Shown: positions 11,699 to 24,121, counted from the stretch's first letter. The stretch: DNA of 41,474 bases from a virus (IMGVR_UViG_2563366877_000003:1-41474), one strand, 5' to 3'. Notes: generated by a model not told the origin, from the sequence alone. Program-made: numbers and translations.

Positions 11699-12589
11699 TC
11701 AGGCTGCCAGATCATCGTTTCCGATGGAAGCATAATAAGCTTTTTCTGCTTCTGCCGGAGGAGTATGGCCCAGCCTTTCCAGCAATCGTCGATTGTTATA
11801 CCAGTCCACCCACGTGAGTGTGGCCAGTTCCACTTCTGCACGGTTTTTCCAGCTCTTACGGTGTATTACCTCCGCTTTGTAAAGACCATTGATGCTCTCC
11901 GCCATCGCGTTGTCATACGAGTCGCCTGTACTTCCTGTTGATGCCAGTAATCCGGCTTCCTTAAGCCGCTGTGTGTAGGCCAGCGATACATACTGAGAAC
12001 CTTTATCACTGTGATGGACCGTGCCGGACGGTCGACGGGCCCATAACGCCTGCTCCAGTGCATCCAGCACGAATGTCGTTTCCATGGACGATGAGACCCG
12101 CCACCCCACGATGTATCCGGCAAACACATCAATGATGAACGCCACATAGACGAAGCCCCGCCATGTGCTGACGTAAGTAAAATCAGCCACCCACAGCTGG
12201 TCAGGTCGTTCTGCCACGAACTGACGGTTTACGCGGTCGCCTGCGGCAACGGCTTTCCGGCTGATGGTCGTACGGACCTTTTTACCCCGGAGAACACCGG
12301 CAAGTCCCATAACCGCCATGAGACGTGCCACAGTGCATCTGGCCACTCTGATACCTTCCCGTAACAACTGACGCCAGACTTTACGCACACCGTATACCTT
12401 GTGATTTTCATCGTATACGCGCTGTATCTCTTTCTTCAGCCAGTCATCGCGCTGCGCACGGGCACTGCGTTTATCCGGATGATGTCGCTGTTGCTGACAG
12501 TGGTAATACGTTGACGGGGCAATATGCAGTTCGCTGCATAGCGGTCCGACCCCGTACTGCTCACGCAGCTTATCCAGCAGTGGCATCAT
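11699..12589 (-). CDS. IS3-family transposase OrfB (DDE catalytic domain)
   Basis: 296-aa ORF overlapping orfA in the -1 frame; DDE-type integrase core. Confidence 0.9.
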   Translation of the reverse strand: MMPLLDKLREQYGVGPLCSELHIAPSTYYHCQQQRHHPDKRSARAQRDDWLKKEIQRVYDENHKVYGVRKVWRQLLREGIRVARCTVARLMAVMGLAGVLRGKKVRTTISRKAVAAGDRVNRQFVAERPDQLWVADFTYVSTWRGFVYVAFIIDVFAGYIVGWRVSSSMETTFVLDALEQALWARRPSGTVHHSDKGSQYVSLAYTQRLKEAGLLASTGSTGDSYDNAMAESINGLYKAEVIHRKSWKNRAEVELATLTWVDWYNNRRLLERLGHTPPAEAEKAYYASIGNDDLAA

Positions 12590-12912
12590 TTTTTCCAGAG
12601 GCGGTCGAACTCCGCCTTCGCAAAATAAGCGGAAGCCTGGCGAAGGATATCGTTACTGCGGCGCAGTTCACGATTTTCACGTTCCAGCTCTTTCAGACGC
12701 TGACGTTCAGCGGTGGTGAGCCCTCCATCACCGCCCCCGGTATCCCGCTCATGCTGGCGAACCCAGACACGCAGAGTCTCCGGCGTACAGCCAATCTTTG
12801 GAGCAATGGAACAAATTGTCGCCCATTGTGAGTCATATTCGCTCTGACTTTCCAGAACCATACGGACTGCCCGTTGACGGACTTCGGGGGAAAAACGAGT
12901 ATTTTTAGTCAT
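12586..12912 (-). CDS. IS3-family transposase OrfA (HTH DNA-binding)
   Basis: 108-aa [22 protein letters not shown]..., ends in A-rich slippery run GGAAAAAATGA overlapping the orfB start. Confidence 0.9.
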   Translation of the reverse strand: MTKNTRFSPEVRQRAVRMVLESQSEYDSQWATICSIAPKIGCTPETLRVWVRQHERDTGGGDGGLTTAERQRLKELERENRELRRSNDILRQASAYFAKAEFDRLWKK

Positions 12913-13290
12913 CCTGTTTACCTCTTTCTCAGGAAGTTTAGTCTCCAGGATTCCCGGGGCGGTTCAGCCCGTGGCGGAATTTGCGTGCAGCGAACGATGT
13001 GACGCACTGAACGGTGGTGTTAGTCAGAATGTATCGCCAGAACGCCAGCCCGATTTCCTTGCTGAATCCGCGAATCTCTGGCAGGTACATGGCGTGGCAA
13101 TCGAATGTAAGCGGCTGAATCTCCTGATAGTAAACAATGCCGCCGAACTGCCCGTGCACGTTCACCTCAAAGTAACGGCAATCAGGTTTGTAGTCGTATC
13201 CATCACCGTTGTTGCTCCCGGCAATAATGTCAGGGTGATTTCCGACTGCTTCGATCAGGTCGATGTTTCGCGTTGGTTTGAACTGAATCA

Positions 13291-14139
13291 TTACTGCTCC
13301 GCGATTATCTTGATGGTTGTGGCAGTAAACGCCGCACCATTTGACTGGATGGTTAACGTACTGCCATTTGCGGCAAGAAAGCCGTCTTTATCCACGCTGA
13401 AAAACGTAGCTAACAGGATGTTATCGGTCGTTGTCGCCGAGTTGCGACTGCTTACCAGTGTGTCAGGAACAGAGCCGGAAAAGGTTAGCTGCATTGACCT
13501 GTTGGCGGTTCCGCTGGGCCACGTCCCGACGATCGACAGCTTGAAGAACAAGGTTTTGTTCTCGTTGAACACAACCATCTTGTTGTTAACAGTGTCGAAG
13601 AATGGTGCCAACGTCCCGGATGACGGCGTGAGCGTTTTCAGCAGGCTAACAAGGTTGGTCGGCGCTGTCGGGATGGTTACTGATACGCCAGAGTAAACAA
13701 CCTCTGACTTCTTGCGAGTAGTGGCATACTCCAGAGCATTGATGCGCGTTTCATGGTCTGAAACCTGCGATTCCAGCGACTGAACTCTGGTATCAAGCGA
13801 CGCAATATCGCTTTCATTCTGAGCTATTCGTGTTTCATGTTCCTGAAGAGTTGATTCTGCCTGGCTGATTCGATCCTCATGATTAACAAGCGTTGCTTCC
13901 GCAGCAGAAATTCGCTGCTCATGGTCAGCGAGAATCACATCCTGCTCATCGTTCCTGACCTGTGCATCATAAGCGCCCTGTCCGGCCTCGTTGGCCTTGT
14001 TAGCCACGTTACCAACATCAGTGCCCTGTGCGATAACGTAAAGCAGATACGACTGCGAGAAGATATTGCGTGGAAGGACTGATGTGTCGAGCCGTGTAGC
14101 CTGAATGATTACCGGCACATTGAGATTAGAATCCGCCAT
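13291..14139 (-). CDS. Tail needle protein, P22 gp26-like with divergent C-terminal domain
   Basis: N-terminus [43 protein letters not shown]...GQGAYDAQV matches P22 gp26; C-terminal region differs, suggesting a knob-type needle. Confidence 0.8.
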   Translation of the reverse strand: MADSNLNVPVIIQATRLDTSVLPRNIFSQSYLLYVIAQGTDVGNVANKANEAGQGAYDAQVRNDEQDVILADHEQRISAAEATLVNHEDRISQAESTLQEHETRIAQNESDIASLDTRVQSLESQVSDHETRINALEYATTRKKSEVVYSGVSVTIPTAPTNLVSLLKTLTPSSGTLAPFFDTVNNKMVVFNENKTLFFKLSIVGTWPSGTANRSMQLTFSGSVPDTLVSSRNSATTTDNILLATFFSVDKDGFLAANGSTLTIQSNGAAFTATTIKIIAEQ

Positions 14140-15557
14140 TACTCAATCCTTATCTGAGCACCAGACAGAGTGACAGGTGACTTCGTGATAACGCGCAATT
14201 TGAAGCCAATGTTTTTCCTGATGCGCCCAACTCGCTTCCACAAAACGCGTTTGTCGTAAACGAACGGTTCATTCTGCTCAATCATCTGCTCACGACCATA
14301 ATTTATGCCGTCAGTGGTTGCAGAGAGGAACAGGCGGTCGGCGTACTGCGCAACTCCAGTTGACGATTCAACTTCAAGGTCGAAAACTCTGGCGTTATCC
14401 GCTTTGAACAACGGAGTAAACAGCAGGTGTTCCTGTTGCTTGTCGTACTGGCTGCTGATGTCGAATTGCAGTTTCCCGGTAACAGATTCCAGCTTATCGC
14501 CGCACGTTATCTGATTGCCTTCGTAAATGAAGTCGATAGCGCGGTACACATCGTCATACAGGCCTGTTTTCAGTACACACCATTGCGGACCATTGGCGCT
14601 TGAAGATGCGTCGTACACGAGGACGTGACGCGTAAGATGGATAATCAGCAGTTCATGCGCATCAAATCGCAGCGATTCCATCACACCATCAGCCAGTTCA
14701 TCAGCAGTGTAGGAGCGTAGTATTTTCTCAATGCTCGCGCTGGCGATTGGTGATACCTGACCGGAGCCGATGATATACACAGACGGCGCACCTGTTGCCG
14801 GATTGCTGATGAACGCATACGAATCAGCAAACGGCGTTTTGCAGTAAGTTCCGGCAATACCTTTCTGCACCATCAGCGATGGCTGTGCGACATACAAAGC
14901 GGCACCAATGGTGGTTGCACCAGTCAGGGAGAAATATTCAATCGTCGATGAACCAAAGCAGACGATGAAGTCTCGCCATGTTCCGATACCGATGATGCCG
15001 TCCGGCTGAGACTCGGCACGATATTGTGCGCTGTAGCGGTCAGGATGCGATTCGTCTTCAAGGTCAGTGATAAACCATGAATCGGTGCCGTCTTTTGACC
15101 ACGCATAACGCCCACGTAATCGCGTAATGTCGCGGACTGAGCCTAACTCATACTGCGTGAATCCGCTGTCTGTAGGCCAGTTTGAGACGGTTTTAACCGT
15201 GCCATCATAGCGATATTCGACCAGTTGACCATTAACGCCTACTGCCTGTGATGTCCTACCGTGTGCCATTGATACGCGACCACTTCCGGCAACATCACCG
15301 ACCTCGCTTTCGCCCTTATACAGCTTGCCGCCACACACGCGATATACAGCATTCTGCGCCATGTTGTACTCGACTCCGCGCGATACACCGTTCACATCAG
15401 AACGTTTGGCAATGCCCGGGAATGAGCGAAGATATCCGCTGCTGTTAAGGATTTCTTTGGGTGTAGCCAACATATTCACTGGCAGATAGTCGATATAGTC
15501 GGCGTTTCGAAAGTCTTTGCCGACACCTTTCATAAGCGGAAGTTGCTGAATCGGCAT
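14139..15557 (-). CDS. Tail hub protein, P22 gp10-like
   Basis: 472 aa, same length as P22 gp10, between gp4 and gp26 homologs. Confidence 0.8.
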   Translation of the reverse strand: MPIQQLPLMKGVGKDFRNADYIDYLPVNMLATPKEILNSSGYLRSFPGIAKRSDVNGVSRGVEYNMAQNAVYRVCGGKLYKGESEVGDVAGSGRVSMAHGRTSQAVGVNGQLVEYRYDGTVKTVSNWPTDSGFTQYELGSVRDITRLRGRYAWSKDGTDSWFITDLEDESHPDRYSAQYRAESQPDGIIGIGTWRDFIVCFGSSTIEYFSLTGATTIGAALYVAQPSLMVQKGIAGTYCKTPFADSYAFISNPATGAPSVYIIGSGQVSPIASASIEKILRSYTADELADGVMESLRFDAHELLIIHLTRHVLVYDASSSANGPQWCVLKTGLYDDVYRAIDFIYEGNQITCGDKLESVTGKLQFDISSQYDKQQEHLLFTPLFKADNARVFDLEVESSTGVAQYADRLFLSATTDGINYGREQMIEQNEPFVYDKRVLWKRVGRIRKNIGFKLRVITKSPVTLSGAQIRIE

Positions 15558-16058
15558 TTATTCGCTCCCGTTATCGCAAGGTTCCTTTCGGTGGAAGTAA
15601 TTCCAACCGTTCCACTTCGCCAACTGGTTACCGCTACCAACAGGCATACGGTTTGGATAACCGGACTTACATTTAGCGGCTTTTGCTCTGTCCATTGCAG
15701 ACAGTTTGACGAGTCGCTCTTTCCCGTATCTGGCAGTGGTTATAAGTTTTGCAGACGCTTCCAGCGCATAATCTGGAGCAATGCGGCAGGCAAGGTTGAA
15801 AATGACGGCATTGATAGCGTTATTTGACAAACCGTGCTCATCGCCAGGATCCGGAGCGACATCTGCATCAGCGAAAATGTAGCCAACGTTGATACCAGGT
15901 GACGCATCACCTCCAAGCCATTCAGCCATCATCATTTCAAGGTCGTTGACGCCGTCTTCCATAGACTGCGGTTCGACATCGGTTAACGTGGCATTTGATG
16001 CCACACCGAGCTTACGTAATGCCGCAAGGACTAAATCACCCTTCGTTGTCAGGTTCAT
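15558..16058 (-). CDS. Tail accessory / head-closure protein, P22 gp4-like
   Basis: Start set at internal ATG 16058 ([21 protein letters not shown]...TDVEPQSM), matching recalled gp4. Confidence 0.8.
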   Translation of the reverse strand: MNLTTKGDLVLAALRKLGVASNATLTDVEPQSMEDGVNDLEMMMAEWLGGDASPGINVGYIFADADVAPDPGDEHGLSNNAINAVIFNLACRIAPDYALEASAKLITTARYGKERLVKLSAMDRAKAAKCKSGYPNRMPVGSGNQLAKWNGWNYFHRKEPCDNGSE

Positions 16059-16272
16059 CTGCTGCCGCCTTAGGTTTTCGACCAGGCTTTTTACGCTGTT
16101 TTTCTTCTGGCTCTGGCTCTGGCTCTGCAACATCCTTCAAAAGGTCATCAGGATGTGAAAACCAACCAGCATCCAGATATTCCTGAAGCTCTTCGGCTTT
16201 CACGATTTCAAAGTCGTAGCCAACGCCTTTCCACTTCTTCATGTCGCCATGACGAAAGATCATGTGTGTCAT
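16036..16272 (-). CDS. Small acidic hypothetical protein between coat and gp4
   Basis: 78-aa ORF starting ATG 16272 with GGAGA Shine-Dalgarno just after the coat terminator; acidic EPEPEPEE tail encoded by a (TGGCTC)3 repeat. Confidence 0.35.
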   Translation of the reverse strand: MTHMIFRHGDMKKWKGVGYDFEIVKAEELQEYLDAGWFSHPDDLLKDVAEPEPEPEEKQRKKPGRKPKAAADEPDNEG

Positions 16273-16282
16273 GCTTGTCTCC

Positions 16283-16308
16283 AGATAAAAAAGGGAGCCG
16301 AAGCTCCC
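16283..16308 (-). terminator. Intrinsic terminator downstream of coat gene
   Basis: On minus strand GGGAGC-TTCG-GCTCCC followed by TTTTTT, just after the coat stop. Confidence 0.6.
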
Positions 16309-16316
16309 TCTGGTTA

Positions 16317-17612
16317 TCACGCGGTCTGGTTAGGCAGACCAACACCAATTGCCTCTGGTCGTACAGCACATGCTGAATACCACACAGCAATACGGCACTT
16401 ACCAGACAGAGTGTTGATATCACCCTGCGTTGCGAAGATGCCGTTAACACCAATACCAGGAATGCTGAAGGAAGACGTTTTCATGCCAGCAAACAGTTCA
16501 TGGGTTACCGGGATCGGCTGAGACAGCAGACGGATTGAGTCATCAGCCCAGAACACATTAGCGGTGGTTGTTGCCACGTTCAGAACGTTTACCGGAGTGG
16601 TATCAGCAAGAGAGGTGTTTACGTTAGCGTAAGCCTTCTCTTCTTTTGTCAGTGACGCGTCATCAAGCGCAATCGGCTTCGGCGTGATTTCGATGTGAGT
16701 ACCATCGATCACACGGGTGATTGAGAAAGTAGCATCATCAGTCAGCACGTTCTTCGCCATCTGAGACAGGAATTTCACACCAGTGAAGCTGATTTTGTCG
16801 CCGCGCTTAAATCCGGTGGTGGAGGATACGGTCACCGTTGCAACACGGTTGTCGACGTTCTCTTTGTTACCATCGGTATCAAGAGTGTATGCCTGCGGCT
16901 TAAACTTCTGCGCACCAGAAACAGTTACACCAGTAGCGGTTGACTTGGTAACTGCCGGAAGTTTCGGTGAGCGAAGAATTTCATCAAAGCCAGCAATCTG
17001 ACGCTGAATAGTACCGTTGCGATACGCTTCTTCAGGAACTCGCCCGAAGATGTCGCCATCTACCAGGTTGCGGCCTGCTTTGCGGTAATCGTCAGGGTTC
17101 AGGAAGTAACTGATGCCCATATCGCGGTTTAGCTCACGGGAGAACATCAGGCGCTCTGCATCAGACACAAAATCCCAGCCAGACAGGCCAGTAGATGGAC
17201 CAATTGCGCGGGTATCGTGAACAACAAGCGAGCCCATTTCAGTTGCCTGTTTGGCAATCGCTGACTCAATGTTATTCGCCAGTTTTTTGGCGGATGCCTG
17301 GATGCGGCGACGGTAAGAACGCTCATCACGCAGGTCATCTGCACGAAGCTCGAAGAAATCGTTATCCGGATCGCCCATGTTGCATTTCACGGAGAGTTCC
17401 AGAATCCCGGTTGCGTTGCCCGTTAAATCCCAGCCAGTCTGAGTTGGCGCTTCCTGCTCAACAGGCATCCACACGGTGTTGCTTGAACGTTGCATGGATT
17501 CTGCCGGAGGGGTGTATTTTGTCACTTTGGACGCCATTGGCGTCAGGTTCTGGACGGTTTCGATGATTTCATCCAGAGCATACGTGACCAGTTGACCTTC
17601 ATTTAATGCCAT
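16317..17612 (-). CDS. Major coat protein, P22 gp5-like
   Basis: 431 aa, MALNEGQ...RIAVWY...[14 protein letters not shown] closely matches recalled P22 coat protein. Confidence 0.9.
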   Translation of the reverse strand: MALNEGQLVTYALDEIIETVQNLTPMASKVTKYTPPAESMQRSSNTVWMPVEQEAPTQTGWDLTGNATGILELSVKCNMGDPDNDFFELRADDLRDERSYRRRIQASAKKLANNIESAIAKQATEMGSLVVHDTRAIGPSTGLSGWDFVSDAERLMFSRELNRDMGISYFLNPDDYRKAGRNLVDGDIFGRVPEEAYRNGTIQRQIAGFDEILRSPKLPAVTKSTATGVTVSGAQKFKPQAYTLDTDGNKENVDNRVATVTVSSTTGFKRGDKISFTGVKFLSQMAKNVLTDDATFSITRVIDGTHIEITPKPIALDDASLTKEEKAYANVNTSLADTTPVNVLNVATTTANVFWADDSIRLLSQPIPVTHELFAGMKTSSFSIPGIGVNGIFATQGDINTLSGKCRIAVWYSACAVRPEAIGVGLPNQTA

Positions 17613-18523
17613 TATCGAATTCCTTTATTGAGTTGAGCCTTGAGCTTGCGGTACGTCTCTACATCCCCTTTGTTTGCTGCCGCTTCCATCTGCTTTTCAA
17701 TCGCAGAGATATTTGCAGCAACAGCGTGCCCCTGAATGGGCTCATCAGGTAACGGGGCTTCTGAAACAGGCTTGGCTCGAGGCTTGAGAGTTAAACGTTC
17801 TGACAGTCGAGTGAGTTCAATCAGCGCGGATTGCCCGTCCATCGCCAGCAACTGGCGTGTTTTCTCAGGATTAGCACCAAGGTGATACATGAGAGCAGCG
17901 GATTTCTCCGGGAAGAGGCGCATGATGTCGGCACCGACTGCTGGCGGCACCAGTTGCATGAATGCGTCCTCTTTCTCCTGATAGTCAGGGATATTGAGCT
18001 TTTCCGCTGCGTCGTAGTGCTTACGGGCTGCCTCGACGTATTGCGCTGATTGCTGGGTGAACTCCTGAGTTTTGCGGCCCTGCTCGGCGACAGCCTGGCT
18101 TCGTGCGTCCATAGCCTTGATCTGCCATTCACTGTTTGCCTGCTGGAAGGCAGCCAGTGCGCGGCTCTGGTCATAGTCGTACTTAGCCAGTGCGTCTTCG
18201 GAAAGATAATCGTTAGGGTCTGGTTGTTTTGGTAACTCAGGGTTCACCCGCAGGTGCTCCGGCAACTCTCCACGCTTAACCGCTTCCATCTGCTGCTCAA
18301 GCTCACGCTGGCGTTTACGTTCGATGCGGCGACGGGCAAATTCAGCATTAGTTGCCGGGTCTTGTTTTGGTTTCTCATCGTCTTTCAGGACAATCTCGAA
18401 GCCTTCTTCCTGACCTGCGTTGTCGTTGGCATTATCGACAACTAAGCCATCAGCAGATGCCGCTGCATGATTGCCGGGCAGGGTTAATTCTTCAGAAGCC
18501 TGAATGTCGGTGGTTTGGTCCAT
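17612..18523 (-). CDS. Scaffolding protein, P22 gp8-like
   Basis: 303 aa, acidic and coiled-coil-rich, between portal and coat genes. Confidence 0.85.
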   Translation of the reverse strand: MDQTTDIQASEELTLPGNHAAASADGLVVDNANDNAGQEEGFEIVLKDDEKPKQDPATNAEFARRRIERKRQRELEQQMEAVKRGELPEHLRVNPELPKQPDPNDYLSEDALAKYDYDQSRALAAFQQANSEWQIKAMDARSQAVAEQGRKTQEFTQQSAQYVEAARKHYDAAEKLNIPDYQEKEDAFMQLVPPAVGADIMRLFPEKSAALMYHLGANPEKTRQLLAMDGQSALIELTRLSERLTLKPRAKPVSEAPLPDEPIQGHAVAANISAIEKQMEAAANKGDVETYRKLKAQLNKGIR

Positions 18524-18536
18524 GATTAACTCTCTC

Positions 18537-20705
18537 TTATTGAGGTGTCTCGGCTACTCCGCCGGAGGGGATTTGAACTTGACGCATAAGATTCGCGAAA
18601 TCCATGCGTTGTGAATGAGTCTGGTCTGCATCTTTAAGAAGCAGCTCAGCGTTAGCACGAGCATCTTTGCTGCGCTGTTGCTGGAATTGACCTACGAGCT
18701 TGAGGTACTCACGCAGTTCTGCCTGCTTGTCGAGGTCCATATTGTTGAAGATCTCTGCGATCTTCGCGGCGTTGAGTTGGTTTTGGGCTTCAACCTTGGC
18801 GGCTTCAACCTGAATCTGCGCCTGTTGGTTCTCTGCCTTGAGCAATTCAGCCTGACCTTGTAGAAGGATACCCTGCGCCTGAATTTGCTCTGCTGATGGC
18901 TGCTGCGGCTGTTGTTGTGCCTGCTGCACCATCTCCATCTCTTCAGGTGTTTCTGGTTTCTTCAGCCCCATCATCACCAGTTGCTTGTTCGCGTACTCTC
19001 GCATCATCTCGACGCCTTTACCGTCAAGCAACGTGAAGTATTGCAGCATCAGCATCTGGAACTCTGGAGTACCTTGCGGAACCTTGGTTAGCAACTCCTG
19101 AATCTCTGCGCGATTCTGTTCCTTCATGCTCTGGAAGGATGGCCCAACGTCCGTATAGCACTCATAGCGACCGCGAATGTCGTTGAGTGTGACCACATTG
19201 CCGGACTGATAATCGACAACTTGCGCATAGAGTTGAACGTCTTTCTCGCTTCCATCTTCAAGTGTCAGCGTTACATGACGAGGAACGTCATAAATATCGT
19301 TGACCATTGAGGCATAAATCTCGCCATCACGTCGCATTGCGGTAGCCAGGTTATCCTGAAACACGTATGTCTCAAGATCTGCCCGCATGTTCAGTTGATT
19401 GACGGTATCGAAAGCGACCTGAGAGTTTGCCGCCTGCGCATCCACGCCAAGACTAGCCACCTCTTTCACTGCGTTGGTGGCAGCCTCAAGCATGTAAGCG
19501 TTGGCTTGCGGCACTTCAGGGTTTTCCATGTAGGAGATTGGACCAATCGGCAGGTCGTTACCGTTTTCATCGGTCCTGTTCTGCAGATAGTACGGATAGT
19601 CATCATTTCCACCGTACATGTATTCGTAGCCTTCGATTTGCTCAGGGAAGAAGGTCGGTTTCTTCTTCGGTGAACGGGCAACGATATCGGCGTTGAACGA
19701 CATGATCATGTTACGAAGGCGTTGACCGTCTTTCGTCAGCCTTACCACTCCTTCGTAGCACTCCTTGTCACCAGCGAATGACCATTCGCCATACACTGGA
19801 ACGATTGGAATATGCTCTCCAGCTATCTTCTCGCGGTCTTTCAGTATCTGCGTGCAGGTGATGATCGACTTATACACACGCCGACGCTTCACCTTGCGCT
19901 CTGCTACCTTAATGAATCCACGATTAGCCAGGTCGTCGATGACGTCTTTGATATCCTGCTGGTAATAGCTGACTGGCTCACCTGTCAGCGGGTCGCGGTA
20001 GATGAAGACTTTCTCTTTCTTCTCTTCGACCTCGTAATACTCAGCGACGTAGACGACATCATTCGATACCCACGGGAACAGCCATGTATCGTTCGGATTC
20101 TGGAAAGATGGCAAGGTGTCCGGATCAATACCGTAATCCTCTGCGAACTCTTTCCAGCCATTGCGCGACAAGGCGTTAATCACCGTGCAGTGCTTAGCGT
20201 CGCTCTTATCCATCTGCTTGCTGTTGGCGTCCCATATGACGTGTGAGCAGGCTTCATGAATTGGCAGGCGTCGAATTACCTGATTGTTGCTTGTTGGGTC
20301 GTTGTCTTCGTACTGGGTGACCAGACGCCATGCACCAACGCCGGACTCTATCTGCTCACGAACGCCAACGTTAACGGCAATCTTTGCCGTGTTATGGCGC
20401 ATATCAGTACGATACATTCCCATCAACACATCGGCAGCATCAGGATTAGCGCCGTCTTTGGGTCGGAAGAGAACGTCGATAGGGTTCCGGCGCATCTCTG
20501 CGACAAGCTTCCTGACCACCGGGCGGACAACATCGAATTGTCCGCGATATTGCAGGGTGGTGTAGTTTGATAGCCAGTCATCCCATTGCGACACTCGGCT
20601 AAAATACAGGTCATTTGTCGCCTCGGTTCTGGCCTCATCGCTTGCTGCCCAATCCCTGTCAAACCGAAGGAGAATGGTTCGCAATTTGTCGTCTTGGTCG
20701 GCCAT
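18537..20705 (-). CDS. Portal protein, P22 gp1-like
   Basis: 722 aa with Q-rich C-terminal barrel region, directly downstream of large terminase. Confidence 0.9.
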   Translation of the reverse strand: MADQDDKLRTILLRFDRDWAASDEARTEATNDLYFSRVSQWDDWLSNYTTLQYRGQFDVVRPVVRKLVAEMRRNPIDVLFRPKDGANPDAADVLMGMYRTDMRHNTAKIAVNVGVREQIESGVGAWRLVTQYEDNDPTSNNQVIRRLPIHEACSHVIWDANSKQMDKSDAKHCTVINALSRNGWKEFAEDYGIDPDTLPSFQNPNDTWLFPWVSNDVVYVAEYYEVEEKKEKVFIYRDPLTGEPVSYYQQDIKDVIDDLANRGFIKVAERKVKRRRVYKSIITCTQILKDREKIAGEHIPIVPVYGEWSFAGDKECYEGVVRLTKDGQRLRNMIMSFNADIVARSPKKKPTFFPEQIEGYEYMYGGNDDYPYYLQNRTDENGNDLPIGPISYMENPEVPQANAYMLEAATNAVKEVASLGVDAQAANSQVAFDTVNQLNMRADLETYVFQDNLATAMRRDGEIYASMVNDIYDVPRHVTLTLEDGSEKDVQLYAQVVDYQSGNVVTLNDIRGRYECYTDVGPSFQSMKEQNRAEIQELLTKVPQGTPEFQMLMLQYFTLLDGKGVEMMREYANKQLVMMGLKKPETPEEMEMVQQAQQQPQQPSAEQIQAQGILLQGQAELLKAENQQAQIQVEAAKVEAQNQLNAAKIAEIFNNMDLDKQAELREYLKLVGQFQQQRSKDARANAELLLKDADQTHSQRMDFANLMRQVQIPSGGVAETPQ

Positions 20706-22165
20706 TATCTACCTCTGGAAATTGGACGAATTGGAGCCGGTAATGGCTTAGTTGGTTTGTTTTTGACTACCGGGAATGCAAACGTCAGGGCTAGCGCATC
20801 AGCGCGGTTTGGTGAAGGAACCCCACGGCGCTTCATGTCCTCTTTGGCCTCAAGGACGATGCGCCCATCGAGCTTAACCCTGTACTCAGGAGCAACGATT
20901 TCGTCAGCTGTTTGCTGATCATCGATACTCCCCCCTTCTTTGAGCCATGACTTCATTGAGTTCCACATCTCACCGCGCTTGTTCAGCATGCCGGGGTCTT
21001 TGGATTCACCCCCAAAGTTAACCAGCTGCCACTTCCTTCCCCACGACCTACCTATTGAGTGAATTCCGGTGCCATACCCGAAGTCTATGAACACTGCATC
21101 TGCCTTATGCTCATCCTCAAATCCTGCGACGATTTGCGCGAACTTAACGTCGTCATCTGTTTTCGGGTAGGTGCCAAGCAGGCGCGCATGAAGACCCTGG
21201 CGAAGGTAAATTGATGCCTCATCACTACCTGTGTAAGCAGGGTCAACGCCGATTATTTTGGATGCGAATGTGTAAGACCCGGGCTCAAGCGTGCGAGACA
21301 TGGCCTCATCCACATATGCCTGAGGTATGAACTGGACTTCTGATGTCGATGGGAATAGACCGCGAACACGTACTTTAAAGAAGTCGCTGTCTTCACCGTA
21401 ATCCTTGCGCCACTCTTCGATGAGCTCTTTGTTGGTCATCTTTGCCAGGCGGCTATCAATTTGACGTCGACGCCATCGGTGTTTGAACTTGCGGAAGCAC
21501 TCTCGGAATCGACCGGTGTTACGGGTCGGGTTCCCAAATGCAAACCAGAAAGGCTCGCCGTCAGTAAGGCCGCCCTCTGCTACTTCCCAAATTTTGTCAG
21601 GAACCGCTGAGGCTTCATCGAAGATGTAGAACGGGCTTGAGTTAGCTGCATGCAGGCCAGCAAATGACTCGCTGTTCTCTTCCCGACACGTCTGGCCGTC
21701 ACAGCGCCATGATTCCATGTGATCCACATGGTAGATGTTCATGTTGCCTTTGCCGTTGTTGTACTCAAACCAGTGACCAGTGATGCACCGCTTCTTCCAC
21801 TTGCCAAGCTCGCCCCATGTTTTGGTGCGAAGCTGTTCAGAGGTATTGGCTGTCACGACGCCCTTGCAGAAAGGACGAGTGCTGAGGATGTACAGAATGA
21901 CCCAGGCAGTTAGAGCACTTTTACCGATACCGTGACCAGAGCTGGTAGCGCAACGATAGGCTTCAACAGGTTTAACACCGTCGAAGTTATTAGTCCTGAT
22001 TGCGTCTCCCCAATCTGTCAGAAACTCTTTCTGCCATTCATCGGGTCCGTCAAAGCCCTCAAGCTCACCAGTTCCCCAATCAAACGCATACATAACGAAG
22101 CCAAGCGGATCGTAAAAGAATCGCCCCATATCATCGGCAAGCATTGCCTCGAATTCTGACGACAT
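20705..22165 (-). CDS. Terminase large subunit
   Basis: 486 aa, Walker A-like GHGIGKSAL near N-terminus, downstream nuclease domain; follows the small subunit. Confidence 0.9.
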   Translation of the reverse strand: MSSEFEAMLADDMGRFFYDPLGFVMYAFDWGTGELEGFDGPDEWQKEFLTDWGDAIRTNNFDGVKPVEAYRCATSSGHGIGKSALTAWVILYILSTRPFCKGVVTANTSEQLRTKTWGELGKWKKRCITGHWFEYNNGKGNMNIYHVDHMESWRCDGQTCREENSESFAGLHAANSSPFYIFDEASAVPDKIWEVAEGGLTDGEPFWFAFGNPTRNTGRFRECFRKFKHRWRRRQIDSRLAKMTNKELIEEWRKDYGEDSDFFKVRVRGLFPSTSEVQFIPQAYVDEAMSRTLEPGSYTFASKIIGVDPAYTGSDEASIYLRQGLHARLLGTYPKTDDDVKFAQIVAGFEDEHKADAVFIDFGYGTGIHSIGRSWGRKWQLVNFGGESKDPGMLNKRGEMWNSMKSWLKEGGSIDDQQTADEIVAPEYRVKLDGRIVLEAKEDMKRRGVPSPNRADALALTFAFPVVKNKPTKPLPAPIRPISRGR

Positions 22166-22602
22166 TACTCACCTCTCGCGCGTTTTCTGGCCTCCTGAAT
22201 GCGCTGAATCAGGTTAACCTCTCCGGTGTGTTCAACTTCTTGCTTATCGCGCCATTTATCCTTCTGTCGGTTCTTAAGCCAGAAGATGGCAGCGGTTGTA
22301 TCAGGCGGGTAATACTTCTCAAGCGGAGTTTCGACAATTCTGTTTTCAATAACACGAATATCGATGTCTGGAGCCACGAAGCCCATAGCGCGTTGATAAA
22401 GACGGTCACTAACTTCTGCATCAGCTACGGCCTTACCCTTTTTTATGGACTCCGAAAACTCAGGATAATCAAGCTTCCACTTGTTAATAGTTGACTCACT
22501 GACTTCGAAGAAATCAGCAAGCTCTGCATCGGTGTAGCCCAGCAAGCACAGTTTGCGTGCCTGTTCGGCATACGCCTCTTGATACTTTGTTGGGCGCGCC
22601 AT
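22165..22602 (-). CDS. Terminase small subunit (HTH DNA-binding type)
   Basis: 145 aa, HTH-like segment ELADFFEVSESTINKWK, start overlaps large terminase. Confidence 0.7.
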   Translation of the reverse strand: MARPTKYQEAYAEQARKLCLLGYTDAELADFFEVSESTINKWKLDYPEFSESIKKGKAVADAEVSDRLYQRAMGFVAPDIDIRVIENRIVETPLEKYYPPDTTAAIFWLKNRQKDKWRDKQEVEHTGEVNLIQRIQEARKRARGE

Positions 22603-22604
22603 GT

Positions 22605-22847
22605 TTATGCTCCGGTAGTGAACAGGTCTAACGCTTCCTTCGATTTACGCACCGCTTCGATAGTGCGGGTCGTGATATCCGAATTAGCGCCGCCTGACTG
22701 GAAGTGAATTTTGAATAGCTCAAGCTTCAGTTCGTCAGTGCCAATGAACTGAAATGCTTCCTCTGCTGCTGCGTTCTGGTTCATGACCAGTTTGTAAATC
22801 TCTAACTGGAATTTCTGTTCTTCAGTCATGGGAATAATCTCTGCCAT
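22605..22847 (-). CDS. Hypothetical protein upstream of terminase
   Basis: ORF in track starts 22859; internal ATG 22847 has a GGAG at good spacing. No recognisable domain. Confidence 0.4.
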   Translation of the reverse strand: MAEIIPMTEEQKFQLEIYKLVMNQNAAAEEAFQFIGTDELKLELFKIHFQSGGANSDITTRTIEAVRKSKEALDLFTTGA

Positions 22848-22867
22848 TGTTGGCTCCATTTATCCGT

Positions 22868-22894
22868 TAAAAGGGATATCAGTTAAGTTATCCC
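22868..22894 (-). terminator. Hairpin plus short T-run
   Basis: Minus strand GGGATAACTTAACTGATATCCC followed by TTTT. Confidence 0.4.
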
Positions 22895-22950
22895 GTGTAG
22901 GGTATAAGCCATTATCAAAGCCACTCTGTAGGGAATGGCTTTTGTAATAA

Positions 22951-23331
22951 CTACTGTTCGCTTAGCTTCTGCTTCAGCAAGTAACCTTCGAGCATCCAGA
23001 TTTTGTTTACAGCATTCTGCCGGGCAATCTTCCGACCAATTTCTGCATCAAAATTTTCCGGACTTGCACAGGCACTCTCTCCGGTGACGGTGAAGCCATT
23101 CTTCAGTACCAATACGCAGAAAGTGAGCAACTTCAATGGTGATAAATCACGATCGCCTTCTTCTGGTTTTTCTCTGCCACAATATTCGTTGCTGGAAATG
23201 GCACCATTACGTCCATCATAAGCAGTAAAGTAATGCTCGCTTTTAATCACGTCTTCGATGTGCTGCGGAGTGATTCTCGGGGCGGTTTTGCCTTTCTCAA
23301 CGATTTCTTTTTCGATTTGCTGGTCGTTCAT
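22951..23331 (-). CDS. Phage protein of unknown function, possibly Gp49/Sf6 gp66 family
   Basis: 126-aa ORF between lysis genes and terminase; family assignment from memory only. Confidence 0.45.
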   Translation of the reverse strand: MNDQQIEKEIVEKGKTAPRITPQHIEDVIKSEHYFTAYDGRNGAISSNEYCGREKPEEGDRDLSPLKLLTFCVLVLKNGFTVTGESACASPENFDAEIGRKIARQNAVNKIWMLEGYLLKQKLSEQ

Positions 23332-23615
23332 AATTATGACCCTGTGGAGTGGTTGCTTGATTAGGATGTCTTTCCATCATTCCGCCACCACAAAGAATCT
23401 TTTTTGCCATAAGGCAGGAGGTTCATCTTTCAGTGGCTGCCAGTGTTATTTCCCCACTTTCTGGCTTGGGTTGTTTCGCTGTACTGCCGTTAATTGGTGG
23501 TGCACAGATTTAGTTAAATCTGTTCTCGCCTGAACTATCTTTTACATACCCGGATTGTGGGGATGTAAATCACGGTTTCATTATCAAGCCCACCCGTAGA
23601 TGGGCTTTGTAATGG

Positions 23616-23903
23616 CTACTTCTTCAGAAATGATTCGATGAATTCACGTCGAGGATGACGATAGTTCAGAATATCTTCTGGCATCCTCATAAAGCGGTTG
23701 TTGCCGTCTTTGGCAGTAACAAAACAGCTGTGAACTCCGCAGACATCCGTTTTGATTGTGTCGCTATACTCAAAAAGCAACTGAGCCATCTTCTCTTGCC
23801 ATTCTGGCGGCATAGCCTCCATGAATACTCGCGGCATCACGCAGAACGACGCATGCGTCAGGCCAAACCACAATTGCAGGTCTTTACGATATTCTTCATC
23901 CAT
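23616..23903 (-). CDS. Hypothetical protein
   Basis: 95-aa ORF downstream of Rz in the late operon; no recognisable motif. Confidence 0.45.
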   Translation of the reverse strand: MDEEYRKDLQLWFGLTHASFCVMPRVFMEAMPPEWQEKMAQLLFEYSDTIKTDVCGVHSCFVTAKDGNNRFMRMPEDILNYRHPRREFIESFLKK

Positions 23904-24121
23904 CGTCTTTACCTTTGTTGCAATAAAAAACCCCGCGAATGCGAGGCTAAATCCTGGTGTTTGTGATGACTGGCTCTTATCTCAACGCAGCCCCTTACCG
24001 CGCGCCAGATGCTCAATATCAAGCATCAGCAATGAGATGTTTAATCTGGATTTACTCCAGAAGTGATCACCACCCTGTCTACAGAGCCAGATGTGAAGGA
24101 TGATGAGTAGAATTATCGCTA

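Larger units (their letters stand above)
11657..12966 (-). mobile_element. IS3-family insertion sequence, IS629/IS1203-like, 1310 bp
   Basis: Ends TGAACCGCCCCGGG... on both sides as imperfect inverted repeats (TG...CA), flanked by a 3-bp direct repeat GCC (11654..11656 and 12967..12969); contains orfA and orfB. Confidence 0.9.
11523..13291 (-). pseudogene. P22 gp14-like gene interrupted by an IS3-family element
   Basis: N-terminal 108 codons (13291..12968) run into the IS end. After removing the IS and one copy of the GCC duplication the frame continues to a TAG at 11523..11525, just before the gp7 start. Confidence 0.7.

Noticed and set aside
12971-13696. 241-aa plus-strand ORF, and similar antisense ORFs inside virion genes (for example 19812..20246, 20586..20918, 31430..31786)
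   Set aside because: They lie antisense within well-supported minus-strand genes (gp14, gp26, portal, helicase) and are typical shadow ORFs of GC-rich coding sequence.
16108-16127. (TGGCTC) hexanucleotide repeat as a phase-variation tract
   Set aside because: Only about three copies, and unit gain or loss keeps the frame (it encodes the EPEPEP tail of the small ORF), so it is unlikely to act as an on/off switch.
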